Assembly: GCA_051294905.1 (NCBI GenBank) | Contig: CM119372.1 | Location: forward strand, 3,412,001-3,476,000 | Length of the DNA: 64,000 nucleotides | Reading direction: 5' to 3' | Source of the DNA: Botryllus schlosseri | Lineage: Eukaryota | Shown: piece by piece, positions 14,035 to 28,800 of the stretch | Position numbering within the stretch: position 1 is the stretch's first letter | Layout of the letters: each line of letters begins with the position of its first letter | Made by a program: the position numbers and the translations under genes | The notes under the pieces: generated by a model | What the model was told of the DNA's origin: nothing | The model's input: the letters and a program-made list of their open reading frames with translations, nothing else | The model's database searches: none

Positions 14035-16741
14035 CGAGAAACACTGCTCTAATAAGTCTAATTCGAAAACTTGAAGAGCAGCTCAATTTACGTATTGCGA
14101 CATTGATGCGATTAGAATATCGAAGTTGGTATGGCACGGCGCTGTTTCGATGGCGCCAATTTGGCCACAGGCTTCGTCTGTATCAATACTTCGTTTGCCA
14201 CCCAAGTATAAAAACAATGCCTGTCTTGATGTCATCGCTGAAATCTGGATTGCTTACGTAAAAGTGTGGGAAGTCAGAGTTTTCTTTGCTAAGACAATAT
14301 CACCTGTGACGATAGTGGTGATGCGGTATTAATTCCTCGGGTGACATCAGTATGTTGGTTCACACAGCGACGTCAAAAGAACGTTGATCGTTAAACACGC
14401 TATACACTGCCCCATACAGGCTATGTAAACAAGCACTTGGCGAGTTTAAAAGCTGAAAACAATGATTGGGATGAACTTGACAATACCCCCATCTCCAATT
14501 GGAAGCATTATTTCATAATATCCACAATATGTCTGAGATAAATTGTTAGTTTCCATAAATACAAGTTCATGTAAATCCTAACATTCATCCGCTACATCCG
14601 TATAGATGATTTATTAGAAATGAAACTTTATACAAAGTTAGTGACGTTTCTTAAACATCTCATCATAGCAAATTCTTATATGTCCAGTGTCGACTGTCCA
14701 GAGCATTTTCAAAATTCCTTCAGGCATATTTCCAGTATCCTTATTAATACGAAATATTCCTGTGTTTGCACTATAGTCCACGGTTATTTGTGTCAAAACT
14801 GGTACGCCCCTAAAGTAAACTTAGCAAAGTTTTGAAATGCGTTGCGAATGCAAAAGCTTCACTATCCTCTTTGTTAGACCGGCGGTATATTGCTGGTTTT
14901 GTGATCTAGAAGCAGTCGGATGTCTTTCAGGAAGCTGCAGCCTTGCATTCAAGGAGTTGAACTAAAATAGGCCCATACAAATGTATGGACGAGGTCTGAA
15001 TATATAGAAGTCGCGAACGGTTTTTGAAGCAACTTTGACGGAGATTGCGCTGCGTAATTTCAAATAATAATCACTATTATTACGGTATGACTTGTATAAG
15101 AAGCATACCGTCACCATCTCGGTGACAAGGGGTCGGCAGTCAGGCAAAACTAGCAGTACACTTAATCCCCGTATCGATGACTTGGAGGAGAGAAGGGCAT
15201 TTTTCTGTATTTCCTCAGAGTCATAGAACAGTTGATCGCATCAGTAATCGATATGGATCTGCTGTATGATAATGGAATATATGTCATGACGTGTGCAGCA
15301 TTGCCATGCGCCAAGAACATAAAGATTCATACATAAGTATTTATATATCCGAAACACCTCTACCCACATTACGACAGAAGTCGGTTGGCTGAAATCTCAG
15401 CCATGTACTACCAAGGCCGGCTAATCGACAGGGGTACAATCTGGACTGGAAAGCCTTCCCGAGTTCAAACTTCAGTTAAACCATCATGCTAATCACTAAT
15501 CTACTGTGTTACCCCTAAAGATCTTTATTATAGTACTTCTTACATATTCAACACATGTAACGGTGTTTCTCTTGCTAGTGTCTTAAACCATTTCATTTAT
15601 AAGTTCGGCTACTCCTTATCATAATGGTGTATATAGTTAGGCTGTAGAGTTTAGATGCTTGCAGCATTACTTTGCATTTGTGTGATTTCTTAGCAGCAAT
15701 GGTAAAGTAACTTAACATCGCTTTGCACGGAGGTATTTGTAGATTTGTAGACTTGAGAAGGTTTGGTTAGTCACCAAATAGTTGAACGATTCCTCGACTA
15801 TCTGTACTCTACTATTGTGAAATAGCATAGTGTTGGACGAAATTGACCAATACGTCGTAATGAAGTGTGCAGGTATGACTGACTGCAGAATTGGAGCTGT
15901 GAATTGAGCAACACGTGCAGTTGCGCACATACCAACGGACCGCTGTTAAATAGCTATAAAACTTGATGACTTGCTTCGAAAAATGACATCCAATTCATAA
16001 ATCACATCGCGCAGGTCACTACATAGTAATGAGAAAGTTACCTAATTGCTGACAAGAATGTCAGCGAACAAACAGAGACAGTAAGAAAGTCATTTAGCGT
16101 ATAGTCCCGTTCAATATTTATAGCTACACATCGCTATATTATCACTACGAGAATCGATTTGATATGATATGATATACCTGGTAGATTTTGAACATAAGAG
16201 GGGTGTTAGGTGTCATAAAACAAGCATAAAAATATTGAGACAGACGTAATTAATTGGTAACTGAGCTACTGGGAGATGGATTTAGCAAACATTATGTCAC
16301 GTAATAATAGGATTCGAAGCGGTTATAGTAGATGCTGGTCATATTTGCCAAATATAGCTTATGATGGGGTCGCGATTGTCGAATGGTACGCTCTTGACTT
16401 GAGAACAAAGCTACGCGGGTTACCCAAAGGGTATCATTGGAGAAAGATAATAGGTTTGCCCAAAAAACCTTTCAGGCGAATAATTACTAGCAACTCAAAA
16501 GCGACAGGCTTTATGAAGTGGTGAAAAGAAATGTGAATGTTTTCACGATTGGGTTTCGAATAGCATTTACTATAAAAATTTATGGAGCACGACATTGAAG
16601 TAGGCTTGAATATTTTGTGTTTCAGATATAATATCTTCACAACATAAAATTATCCCATCACTGTCAGATCACTTATGTAGAAGCCGAAAAACGCCGTTAA
16701 CGCCTTCAAGTCTACTGTTGTGACACATATACGTTGGCATA

Positions 16742-16873
16742 ATGGAGTTACCGGCGAGAAAGAACGGCGGGGTGACGATGGAAATGGAAAATATGGCGTA
16801 TGCATCCGACCAGCTGTCGCCAAGTAACATACGCCTGACCCAGTATGATATCAACCATCTCACCGTACACCAG
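16742..16873 (+). CDS. TRPA1: TRPA1-like coding exon 1a (MELPARKNGG...DINHLTVHQ)
   Basis: ATG-initiated ORF ending cag|gtaatg, phase 0. Joining to exon 2 gives LTVHQ|AAREGD, a good first ankyrin repeat. Confidence 0.75.
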
Positions 16874-19800
16874 GTAATGAATCGTATACGATTTCCAATT
16901 GGTAGTTTGAGCGTACAAGATACGGTTCGTTTATATTGTGCTACACCCTGCACGCTCACTTTAGTAATGCTACGGTCACGTTCTATACACGTACTCGATA
17001 TTTCCTCATATTTCCACGAAAATGCAAGGATCTTGCATACTCGACTGTTGTAGCTGTTGGCGAGGTCGATTACCGTGATTTTCCCGAAATTTCGCGACAT
17101 CAGCAGCGTCTCAGAGAACGCTCAGAGCCCGAATATATTAAAAACGACTGTAGCTTCTTATTGTGAAGTTACGATGTCATAGGAGAGGAATCGAGACAGC
17201 AATCACCCCACACGAAATTACATTTTTAAGCATTTACACTTGGATTAGAAAGAGGCTGTTACATCCAAGTTGGTTAGTTAAGTTGTGCGGGGACACTAGT
17301 TATGAATATAACGGGTATGGAATTGGAGAATATAAAAGAGGAAACGGACACGGGTCGCCCAGGCGCGAGAGCAGTCTCGAAACGTGACAAGCACAGCGTT
17401 AAAATTCGCCAGGTTTGTAGTACAGCATCGACGCGAAGCAGCCGCTGTCTCATAAATATGACTATCATCTTAAATTTGATTACATTTCGCAATCTGTGCC
17501 ATTCAGTTCGTGCCTGTTTATCGTGTAAGATTATGTGCGTACCGTTGCGGTTATGCGCGTTTACTGTACGCTGCACGTTCCGACGCGTAGAGACGTGTGA
17601 TGTAAGTGAGTTGCCTACTCGATGAGGCGCTTTCGACGATAAAGTATGGATCACGAATGGTATGAATTTGAGTCGCGACCGCTCCAGAATAAGCAATACT
17701 TGCTGAATGTCTTGCAACAAAAGATATTGTTATGTCTGACAGTAGAAAAGATCCGCACCGAATAGTCCCTAATCTGAGCCCCGTAGAGGAAATAAGTGCG
17801 CCCCAATTTAAAATCGCATGTGTCTCATAAAAGAAGTTCAATGATTCAGGTGTCAATGACCTTTTCAACACCCTGCAATTAGTACGTGTGAAGAAAATGT
17901 TGGAAACCATGACATAGCTTAGAGCTGAATACAAAAGAGTCCTTCATAAATAATAATATGAAAGATAAATCTCATGAGACGCCAACCTCATTGAAGCAAT
18001 GGCAGTAATGACAGTTGCATAGATCTGCGTTTCGTGCAACTGGTTGTCGGCACCATCTGCGTTTCATGCATGTCTGTAAAAACGTAGCATGCCGGTACTA
18101 ACATTAGAAATACATTCATTTCGATATGTGAGGCTTGGGTCGCGAGATGTTAATAAATTCTAGGTTTGCGTTACGGGCTAAAAAGTTCAAGAACCACGGG
18201 TATGTGGAATAGCTCTGTTGGTTTGGTTTTCTTGGTTGGATTGATTGAAGTCTTGAATGGCTAAAAGCAATCTTGCACCTTCGCGCGAGACTAGATAAAT
18301 ATCCTAATTCGTAGGGATGGTATGAACCTCTGAAAGGTTCAGGTTCGTGTGAACGCGAACCTTTTTGAAAGGTTCTGTGTGAACGCGAACGTGAACCTCA
18401 TGACGTCACGAGACGTCATAATGCTAATTCCAACCCATCATTTCAGTGAAGTGACAGCCTGTGTTAATGATCATTGTACACGATACCTGGCGACGACTCG
18501 GACCGCATAATGCCGCAAAGCTGAAGTACTATACAAATACATACATATGGTTTAAACGTCGCCAAATGTATCAACTGGGGCAATCAAATGATATAATAAT
18601 CCCATTAAATCAATTTCTTCCGTCGCTTTGCCAACAATTTCGACGAGGACTTGCTGGTGAATATAAGCTTATACCTTAGCGGTCGAGGCCAGACCGGACA
18701 ATGTATTCGGCGTCAGAGTATTGCTATAGTTGCTACGTTGATATTGAGCAGAGTGTGAAACGGGTTTCTATACTTGCTACCGATATTACCCAACATAGCC
18801 AATACCCCAATCGCACGGATTTGGTTTTATGACACAATAAATATATGAAGTCAAGATTGACCCTGTACGCCTGCTACATTTTTTACATCAGACAACGATA
18901 TCAATTCCATCGATTGGTTGAATAATGCATCATTCGCTGACTACATGTAGTTTATTTCGCTCTGATGTTGTGTGATTGCGGGTCAAGCTCACAGCAGAGA
19001 GTCACAAACGAAAAGCTGGATATTTCGAGCAAACTATTGCAACAAAGCAATTAAATTTTTTAAGATTGTCAAGGTGCATGCTCGTTTAGTGTTGCTTTTT
19101 TATTCTGTCAGCACCATGATTGGCCTGCAGTTGAAATGCAATAAATTTCAACCAAAGATGTTACAATGAAGTGAAAATTGTAATATATGAAAAAGGTTCA
19201 CAGTGCAGAACCTACCAAGGTTCGTTTGTGAACGTGAACCTCTAAATATCTGAGGTTCACACACAGAACGCGAACGTGAACCTCACGCTCACACCATCCC
19301 CAGTCGTACAGTACGGTTAGGGCTGGGCAAAATCGAGTACCTGAGTGATTCGATTCTGAATCACGTTTTACGCTTCGAGTCGAGTATTCGAGTATCGCTC
19401 ATTATGACGTCACAACAGAATTTACTATGTCAAAGTTCAAATATGTACCTTTTATGCCACCACAAAGAACATAATGCCTGTTATCCGGCACATTAGAGAT
19501 TTTTCGGTAATTTTTCGACCATAACCAATTTCATTGCACTTCTTGACAATGATGTGGAATGATCATTTCCAGTAACGTTCGTAGCTATGTACTATGTCTC
19601 GTATGCCGCGACACGGCCAATCAAGGTTTCAAGGCTTCCTCACCGGAAAATAGTATCAAAACTAGAATTCTCGTTAGTAAATTAACTTTCAGTTGCGGGG
19701 AGCGTATAATTTCAGTACTCGAAAAAATCCTATTTTACTACTCGACTCGAATCATTAAAATTAATACTCGATTCAGATTCGAGTACTCGAATCATTGTGC

Positions 19801-22800
19801 CCAGCCCTAAGTACGGTACTTGGCGAACAAGACCGTGCCGTGAATTGGCAACCTGAATTTAGCCGAAATTCAATCGTATCGTATCTTAACGTACCATGTT
19901 AGTTCTTTGATGATCATGTCTAACTGGCACAATTTAGTGAGTCATCCCGTAGAACGGTGTGAATCTTTTAACGTGGGACTTCATAACGAGTAGCTCCTAG
20001 TAGTAGTGATATCTCATGTATTGTACATGTACGATTGTACAATGTCATGGGCTCCTTTTATGTTCTAGCGCTGACATTATACGCTCTAATCAGTTGAATA
20101 GAATTTATCAACGAGAATCATGGTTTCGATTCTACTTTTCCATCGTGGACGCCCTGAAACCTTGATTGGTTGTATTACTGCATATACGAAACACTCTAGT
20201 AGCCTACAGTGATATAAACGACTCGTTAATGGAAATGACAGCATTGATCAATTTACAGCATTGTCACAAGTGCAATGAAATGGATAAAGTCGAAATAATT
20301 CGAAATTATTCTTAATGGAATGTAAAACTGGCATTGTGTTATGTGTAGGTCGCTAGGTCAGCACATATCTGGGCTGTGTGATATGTTTCGACAAAATAGA
20401 GTGTAAAAATTACTGGATACTTATCAAGATAGCTATAAATAGCTACAAAGACTCACTCTGCACATTCGCAATAGTGTCCACTATCTCACTGTGAATTAGA
20501 GAATGATATTTGTCACTATTACAGTGTTAAAACAGCAGTTTTATTTGTGCGGTGGAAGCATGCTATTGGTAGCCACCACAATATTGCGACTTTTGCGCTG
20601 GCGATGGGTCGTCGATGCACGACCTGTTTTAATAGCAAGGATTTTATCACGTTTAGTAAATAATCGTAAAATTAATCGTATGCGAAATGATGAACCCATC
20701 CGCGCCGATGTTTCCTAGTATTGTTCACCCGCATATAATTCACAACCTTTCAAAAATGATATACAATCCGGACATTGTCTCGGTGAAGAAGTCGATTTCG
20801 ATAAATACATCATAGTGGATAGAATACGATTTACATGTCTAATACTTACCACATACAGATATTGCATGCTTGTTCCATATTTTGTCTGTAACAGCCCAAC
20901 AGGTAACTATGTTGGGTTGCGTGACACGCATTGGTAAAGATATTGGTCCGTCCGTAATTGATATTCTTTAGCACATAGAATGGACCGCATATATAAACCT
21001 ACTTTTTGCAATGAATCGTGATAGGTTTTTCAACTGTACACGTAATCGAGTAACACTCCTGGACAGCGATTTGTTATAATCAGAGAAATCTGATACGACC
21101 ATGACCGCTTAACCCATACCAAATCATGCTCTAATAGTTTTTCAAACGGTATTTAGTACAACCGCACTTATGTTAAGGATATAATGTATATGGGCCCTTG
21201 ATTTATTGCGTTGGCGATGTTTGATCTCTTTTTTGCCAGGCACTTGCCCGGACACATTAGCAAATCCGTCCCAGTGACCCGTGTGTTTACCTATTTGTGG
21301 AACGCAAACTTTGGGAAATATCGTGACAATAACCAACCGTCACTCAACGCAGCTGCTGACGTAACCAGAGTTGACAACTAGAATATTTTCATCTTTTCCA
21401 AATTATAGAAGAATTAGAATTACTGGATTCACAAAAACTAGGAAATTGAAGTAAATTCCGAATTATAAAAAAATACAACCGAAATCAAATTCAGTTCGTA
21501 TCAGATCAGACTTCATTCCTATAATTACGAGAATGGCAAATGTCTGTATACACCAAGCTTGGCTTGTTTCGCACTACAGAGTTCGCCTATAGCATTTTCA
21601 GGAAAACCAGAAATTAAATTTGACCATAGAAGCATTTCACAAAGTAGATTTGAAATAGGTTACCAGTCTTTCGTCCGAATTAGTCTAATTAAAACGACTA
21701 GAATTATCTCATTGCGCAAGTTTGTAACATGTTTCATTTCGCAGGCGGCCAGAGAGGGCGATGTCGCCATTATCGAAAGGCTGATGGAAAAATATCAAAC
21801 CTCCCAAGCCAAGAAGAAGCGATTGAACTCGCGAGACGACAACAAGCTCACGCCGTTGCACTACGCGGCGAGATACGCGCACTACCACATGCTCCAGTAC
21901 CTCTTGAAGAATGCAGCAAGTAAGACGCGCTGCGGGAATTCATGAACCAGAGTCGAACAGCTAGATAATTTTCTGCTTTTCAAAATTAGATTTGAATATG
22001 AATTATAGAAACAATTTTTCTTCCGAATTTACCTAGAATTAGAATCACAGCTACACAGTTTCTTTTACGAATTACACTAGATTTAGAATTATTGAATTCG
22101 CGAAAACCCTGATATTGAATCTAGTCCCGTTCATAGCAAATCAAACTTAAAAAGCATTCTCATAAGCTTGAGAATGACCAATATATGTACAGTATGATTA
22201 TGTCCTTTCGCACTATACACTTCTCCTACAGGATTTTCAGGAAAATCGTTAACTAGATTAAAAATAAAATCACAGCACAGAAACATTTCACAAATTATAT
22301 TAGAATTAGTATGAGAGCCAAGATACAGTCAACAGTCTAGGGCAAGTTTTTGCAACTTTTGCAACTTTTTTGACAGCTTCCGGCGGCTTCCTAAATACTC
22401 GTAAGATATGTAGAATGCTGTTTTAAGCTGTTTGAAGGAATCTTATAGTGCAACATTTCGCAACTTTTGTCCATTTTTTTCATGCTACTCTTTGCAACAT
22501 TTTGCAACTTTTTCGATTTTTCATGAAGTATTTTCGGTTTTGGTGAAATACACGGCCAAATTCGACTGAAACACCGTAAATCAGCACCGAAGTACGGGTA
22601 TTTCGGGAGCTGAGCCGATAAATTGACTATTTTTTTTAGTCAACCGAGCAAAGTGTGGTCTTTTAGTGACACTTTTGCAACTTTTGTCACACTAGATTAG
22701 AATTGGATTAAAACCATTTGGCTCTAATTCGTTTAATAATACAACTGGATTAATGTACTCGTCTACGTCTGCCGTACATCAGCCTAGGGGGCTTTATATC

Positions 22801-25800
22801 AATGGCACGTATTTTGTATATCGTTGTAAATATTCGCAAAGTTCACTCATTGAACGCGCTGCGTTGCAGATCCCAACCTGAAGGCGGAGGATGGAGCCAC
22901 CGCGCTGCATTTCCTGGCAAAGTACAAGAAAAAGCGGATAGCAGTTGAAGGAGCAAATGACGTAAGACGTATTTCACAACCGAGCATAATATTACCTATT
23001 TTATGGCGACATGACCTTATTTTAATGGGGATGGGGTATGTTGCGAAATTCTCTAGTCATATATGAATTCGATGGCGGTATTATGCTTTATACATCCAGA
23101 TGCGGTTAAAGCAGTTCAAGTTTTTACTCAAGTGGACATTGACGTATAACCCCGCAATATTCCTTGAGGTATCGATTTCCAAACATGTCAAAATTACCAC
23201 AAATCAAAGTAGAAATGAATGCTCTGAGAAGTACTCCGTACTCGGCAAAATGAGCGTGTTTCCACTTGCGTACCACCCCTGATATATATATATACGTATG
23301 CGTGTGTGACTATATAGCCATGGCACGCGAAACCAGAACCTACTTCAGGCTCATACCTCGGTATAAATCGAGTACAACATTTTACCGTAGGATTCGTGAC
23401 TGCGATATAATTCTGAGTTAGGTTCAGGTTTCGCGTACCATCATTTTCGGCCCTTTTGGTGTAAATACACAAGTTTATTTTCTAGGAGTGTAGTTTCAAA
23501 AAGTGGGTTTAGGTGAGGGATCGGATGTTTTATCAGTTAATCGGATGTTGGTACTTTCGCGATTGTAAGATGCTTCTTCGAGACTATAACATACAAATAC
23601 TCATGACACACCGAATAGGTGCAAATATATATTTACTTACCGTGATACAGAGGCTATTTAACGCGATTTTAGAACACCTTAACTCATAAAACGTGATGCA
23701 AATCTGTCCCAAAATTATTTTTTTACTTTCAAAAGTTCAGAATGTAAAACGTAAGCAATTTTTCTTAACAAACCGTTCAAGTACAAGTGGAAGTGCTCTA
23801 AAAACATTACTAATTGAGTAAGTATACCGCAATTAGTCAAAGCCTGCATGGATACTCCAAAAAGTAGTAATTCGTTAATGACCGCGTGCCGTGTATAACC
23901 CGAACAGTCTTTGCGTTAGTAACGGAATCGCAATTAAGCTATGCTCACATCCGTGACCAATGGATCAGTCATCCCGAAATTTACCTTATCCGAATTGGAG
24001 GTGGCGTCTCAATCAGTGGTAGCACGTAATATGCTGTGATATGGTTGATGAGACTCTTGGAAGTGCAGAACTGCAATATACAATTGAGTAGTATATTCAT
24101 ATTGAATATGTTCGACTGATCATCACCAACTAGTAGAGAATTGAAACGAATACATTGCATGTCAGCTTTCAGATATCACCAAATACGACGTCACCGGAAA
24201 ATGTTCGGGTGTATTTCAGTATCAATATATTATTCAATTGTATGTGGTTGAACGATACAACTCGCATGAAATCAGAAGAATATATTATAATCCTTATGCT
24301 AAAAGAAATATCTGCACAATTGTATCATGTGATCCCGACATTATTTTAATCTTCAAGCATATCTCTAATGTTTCAGAACGGCGACTCATCAGAGTCGGAG
24401 GAGGAGGAATTACCTCCCGAGGAGACGTTTAGTTGCTTGAAACTTCTGGTCGAAAACGGCGCTCAAGTCAACGCAAAAGACACGATGGGACTTACGCCGC
24501 TGCATCACGCTTGCACGAGAGGAAATACAAAAGCGGTTAAAGAGCTTTTAATGTGCGCCGGAATAGGGCTTGAGGTAAAAACATATTACTTCCCTTAAAT
24601 ACTGCTGGAAGTGATATACTAGCACCTGATTGTCCTTGTCGGGTTGCATGCACAGGCTTATGTGTATTATATAATTACAGAATGCATATTCAGAGCTATG
24701 CACTGGATAAAATTTTCAGTGCGATTTTACAAAGGCAATGCATACGAGGACGGACTAAGAATCGATGGCGTACATCTAAAATCCTGTGTTTGACCTATAG
24801 TTCCACTATAGTTTAAGCCTTAAACTTTAAGGTGTAAATTCAAATACACAAGATATATCCCATGTGTTTATAGTGTATCATTTCCTCGTGTATCGGCCCA
24901 AGAAGGTACAAAATGGTGGTGCACTTAGTCAGAACCCAATATACATCGCTGGGATATATCTGAATCAATTTTCACCCATTAGAATCGATGTATGTGAAAT
25001 CAAAATAAGACCTATCTATGGCATGATTTACATCCTACACTATACAGTTGAAATCGGGTAAGAAGCATATTTTCAACCCATGTACTTACAGAGTGGCCGT
25101 TATCAAAGATTCCCGCATATCTACTTTCAACAGTTATTTGAAATCAATGCATTCGCGTCTAAGATCGCTTGAATTTTGTATAGTTCACTATGCGTGGTGA
25201 GAATACGATCATCAAACCATATCCGATCACTGCTTTACCATCACCATATCACGAATCACACCTCTAACGCATCAAATGCCCACTGCAGATGACAGACAAT
25301 CAAGGGATGACAGCGCTTCATTTAGCTTGCCTCTATAACAAGCGTTCTATCGTGCGTATTCTCATCGATGCCGGTGCGAACATGAGGGCGCGGGACAAGG
25401 ATCAGACGACGCCCCTACTTCTTGCCTGTGCTGAAGGTGGACTCAAGGTAAAGTGATTACGTGATGAGGAGTTAATGCAGAAAACAATTGTACTTCACAA
25501 TGAATGTTTGATCCACACATGTCAGACTGCAACAACTAGATAAATCTAGTTATCTAATTACGGTAGACTATAGTTGTAGTGGTTCCCAACCTTTTTGTCT
25601 GCATTCCCCACTTCAGATTTATTCCGAGTCTTCATTCCCCACTACCCAAAACCATTGTCGTATTTCCTTTTAACTTATGTCATTACAGAGCAGCTATTTG
25701 CTTGTTCAAGTACCCAAGACACACAACCACACCAGCACGCAGACAATCGCCTATAACTCCAACATAAACGTATTGTGAACCGTATTGTAACCCTCGAAAT

Positions 25801-28800
25801 TTAGCGTAAGCGTTATTTCACATAATACTGGTCGTGCTGGATGCGTTTGTGACGCCAGTATTGGTATCCACAGTTAAAATGAGTTTTTGTGAACAGCTCG
25901 CAATACAATTTTCGATACACACACTCCAGACCAATTAATTGGAAACGGTAATCACGCATGTGTCTCCGTAATCTAATTTGTCATATGATTCTATATGTTT
26001 CTAGTTTTACTGAAAATGATGCAGGAGAATTGAAGTGCGAAATGAGCCAATCTTGGCCTACATACATTATTGCCACTCTCATGCTTCTGAGAATTAATTC
26101 TGATGTGATATGAAGTAAAAGTGTGTAGGTATAATTCCGATTGTAATCCAAGGTGGAGAAAAAAAGTTAGGTGATCCGCAGAATGCTAACCGTGCGATAA
26201 AATACTGCCAATCGTGACTCGTAAAGTTGGAGAAGGTTACGCGCGATGATTACTTGAGGTGTCCCGAGTTTTGAATCTAGTGGTGTAACCTGTTGCATCA
26301 TAATGCGAATACGCGGTTTTGGCTGGATGTTGTCAATTTGTTGAATGAAACGACAGCCTGCCATCGCGTCACGTCATCGTACAGCTAAGAAACGGATTAT
26401 AGAATATTGAAATCGCTCTGCAATGGTGATTACATAATTCGTTAATTGTTTAGTGAAGCCTAGGAGACAATCGGCACGGTCATTATCGGAAATATTTGCG
26501 CGTAGGAATGGTACACAGTGTACGTTGTTTTATGAATAACTAGTTATCTATAGTTTGTTCCGGTTTGTTAAATCATAAGATTGAAACTAACTTATGAGCT
26601 GCGATTACCCGGTTTACTTGATGCTGGGTTGTTACATTCTGATGAAGTACTTTTAACACTACTATACTACTATGTAGAGTGCATAAAGTTTAGTGTTTGA
26701 GGTCGGAAGGATGCTGATGATCATAATGACGTAAAATCTATACATATCAACGTAGTTCGCACGGGATTGCGTCCAATGATTGAAATTCCCGTCGCCGAAT
26801 GGAATTTCGTACAATGGGCGTATATTTGTGCGGAAAACGGGCTCATCACCGGAATATCGAACAGCTTCCGAAAAATTGATTTTAATATCTTGATATTTAC
26901 GTCGCGTACACATATACGGGGCCGCACAATAGCAGGTTCCTTCTGCAGGGTGTCGCTTGTTTGGAAAAGGGGAGTTGACATTGGAACACCCACAACTAAA
27001 ATTTTATGCCACAGTTTTTTTTTATTGGAGGAATTCAACTCGTTTTTAAGATTCCGGGGAAGTCATCGGATCCGGTTTTACGACCCGCATCTGTTCATCT
27101 TGTTTTACAAAGTTTCCGGTGCGTATTTTGCATCAAGCCATCAAGGAAATTATGTGCCAAGTCGAGTTACGATATAGCCAAGGCTAGGCTAAATCGACTA
27201 CCTGAGTGATTCGAATTGGAGCCTATTAGAGTAGCACCCATCAGGGCAAATTTTTAAGCTTATGGCACACTAAAAAATATGGAAATGACTCGCGGCACAC
27301 CTACTGGAGAAGAATTGTCGCTTCAAAATTATTTTATTTTAAAACTTGGTTTATTTCATGTCCAGGCGTAGCAATGGCTATAAAGCTGTCCAAATAAATG
27401 TTCTGCAGTTTTGGAAATGCGATCTTTACTGGATGTCATACACATGTCCGTGTCCGTGGAATATATCGGTGTTGGCGGTAACCGTGCAAGTGATCGGTTT
27501 TATCGGTCTCGGCTAAAAAATCGGATATCTGCCGAGCTCTGATCAAGAGTACTATAGGAGCTCTCTTTGACTTTGACCCAGCCGAAATATGAGTGTGAGC
27601 AAATTTATGGATGGCTTGTAATTTTAAGATTGCTGAATTGCTGTTGGAGAAGGCGGAAGAATTCGCAAAGCGCCAACCATCAGCCGATGAAAATAACAAG
27701 GAGAAAGATCCAAACTACGCGACTTTATCAACAGGTAATAAGTAACACGCAGTTACACCTATATCGGTGGTCTTGATAACGTGTAATGTTATTTATCACC
27801 CCCTGGTAGCAAGTGGTATGGAATAGAGTTAGTGTCATCGAATTTTTGGAAAGTTAGCGATATGCATAAATCTGCTAAATGGGGGGTATATGATTATAGG
27901 TTTTTATTACATTCATTCGGGACATAGTAGGCCTGCGGAATGGGAGTGCAGTGTTTGCAGTGTGACAAGTAGGTTTGCATTTGAAACAAAAATCAATTTA
28001 AAACAAGCGTGTTTCAAACAAGGCCCTCGTTTAAAACTTGCGTTTTTTAAAGCATGACGTCACGAGTATTCAATTGCGACGCCATAGTGGATTGACAGTT
28101 ATGATTGAAAATATAGAGTAACTATAGCTCCTTTGGCGAAACAGGCTTTCAACCACTGTCATATACTAACCAAAAATATCTTTAACCATCAGGACTACTC
28201 GTCATGCAGCATTTTTACGGTCGGTGGTCATAATCATCAGAACATTCATTCCGTACCGATGATCTATATCTACGTACTATAACTGTTAAACCGACTATTC
28301 CGAGGGATCCAACCATCCCATATCTTATATACGTCTGCTGTATATTGGGTGGTAATTGTCCGTAGGCTCATACAACATGTTTTTTGAAAGTATTTACACA
28401 ATTATGGCGTAATTTTACAACTTGAAAAAACATTTTTTTAAAAAGGCCTTTGTTTAAAACACTCTTTGAAACATGTTTTAAGCAAAGTGTTTCAAACAAC
28501 CATTTATTTTAAATCCGACCCTATACTGACAAGCGTTCGAGATAAAAACTATATCCGTGAAACCGCGGGTCGCACATAAGCTTTGTTGTATAGTTGCAAG
28601 ACTCAACGTCTTATTTGGATTTGATAACGCTAATAACGGGACTTAGCTTATGAAATGCATTTTGTCAACATATTCAAGCTAAAGTCCGCATATAGCTACT
28701 TTAGTGAATTTAGTGTTATTTTTGCCCTTCTCATGGACCGCTTGACCTTAACCCAAGCTTTCCGGATAAATCTAAATCGAACATCCATTTCAAGGACCTC

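Noticed and set aside
20895..20902. 8-nt microexon or third first exon (acag|cccaacag|gtaact)
   Set aside because: Would frameshift as an internal exon, and the in-frame upstream sequence has a stop with no ATG.
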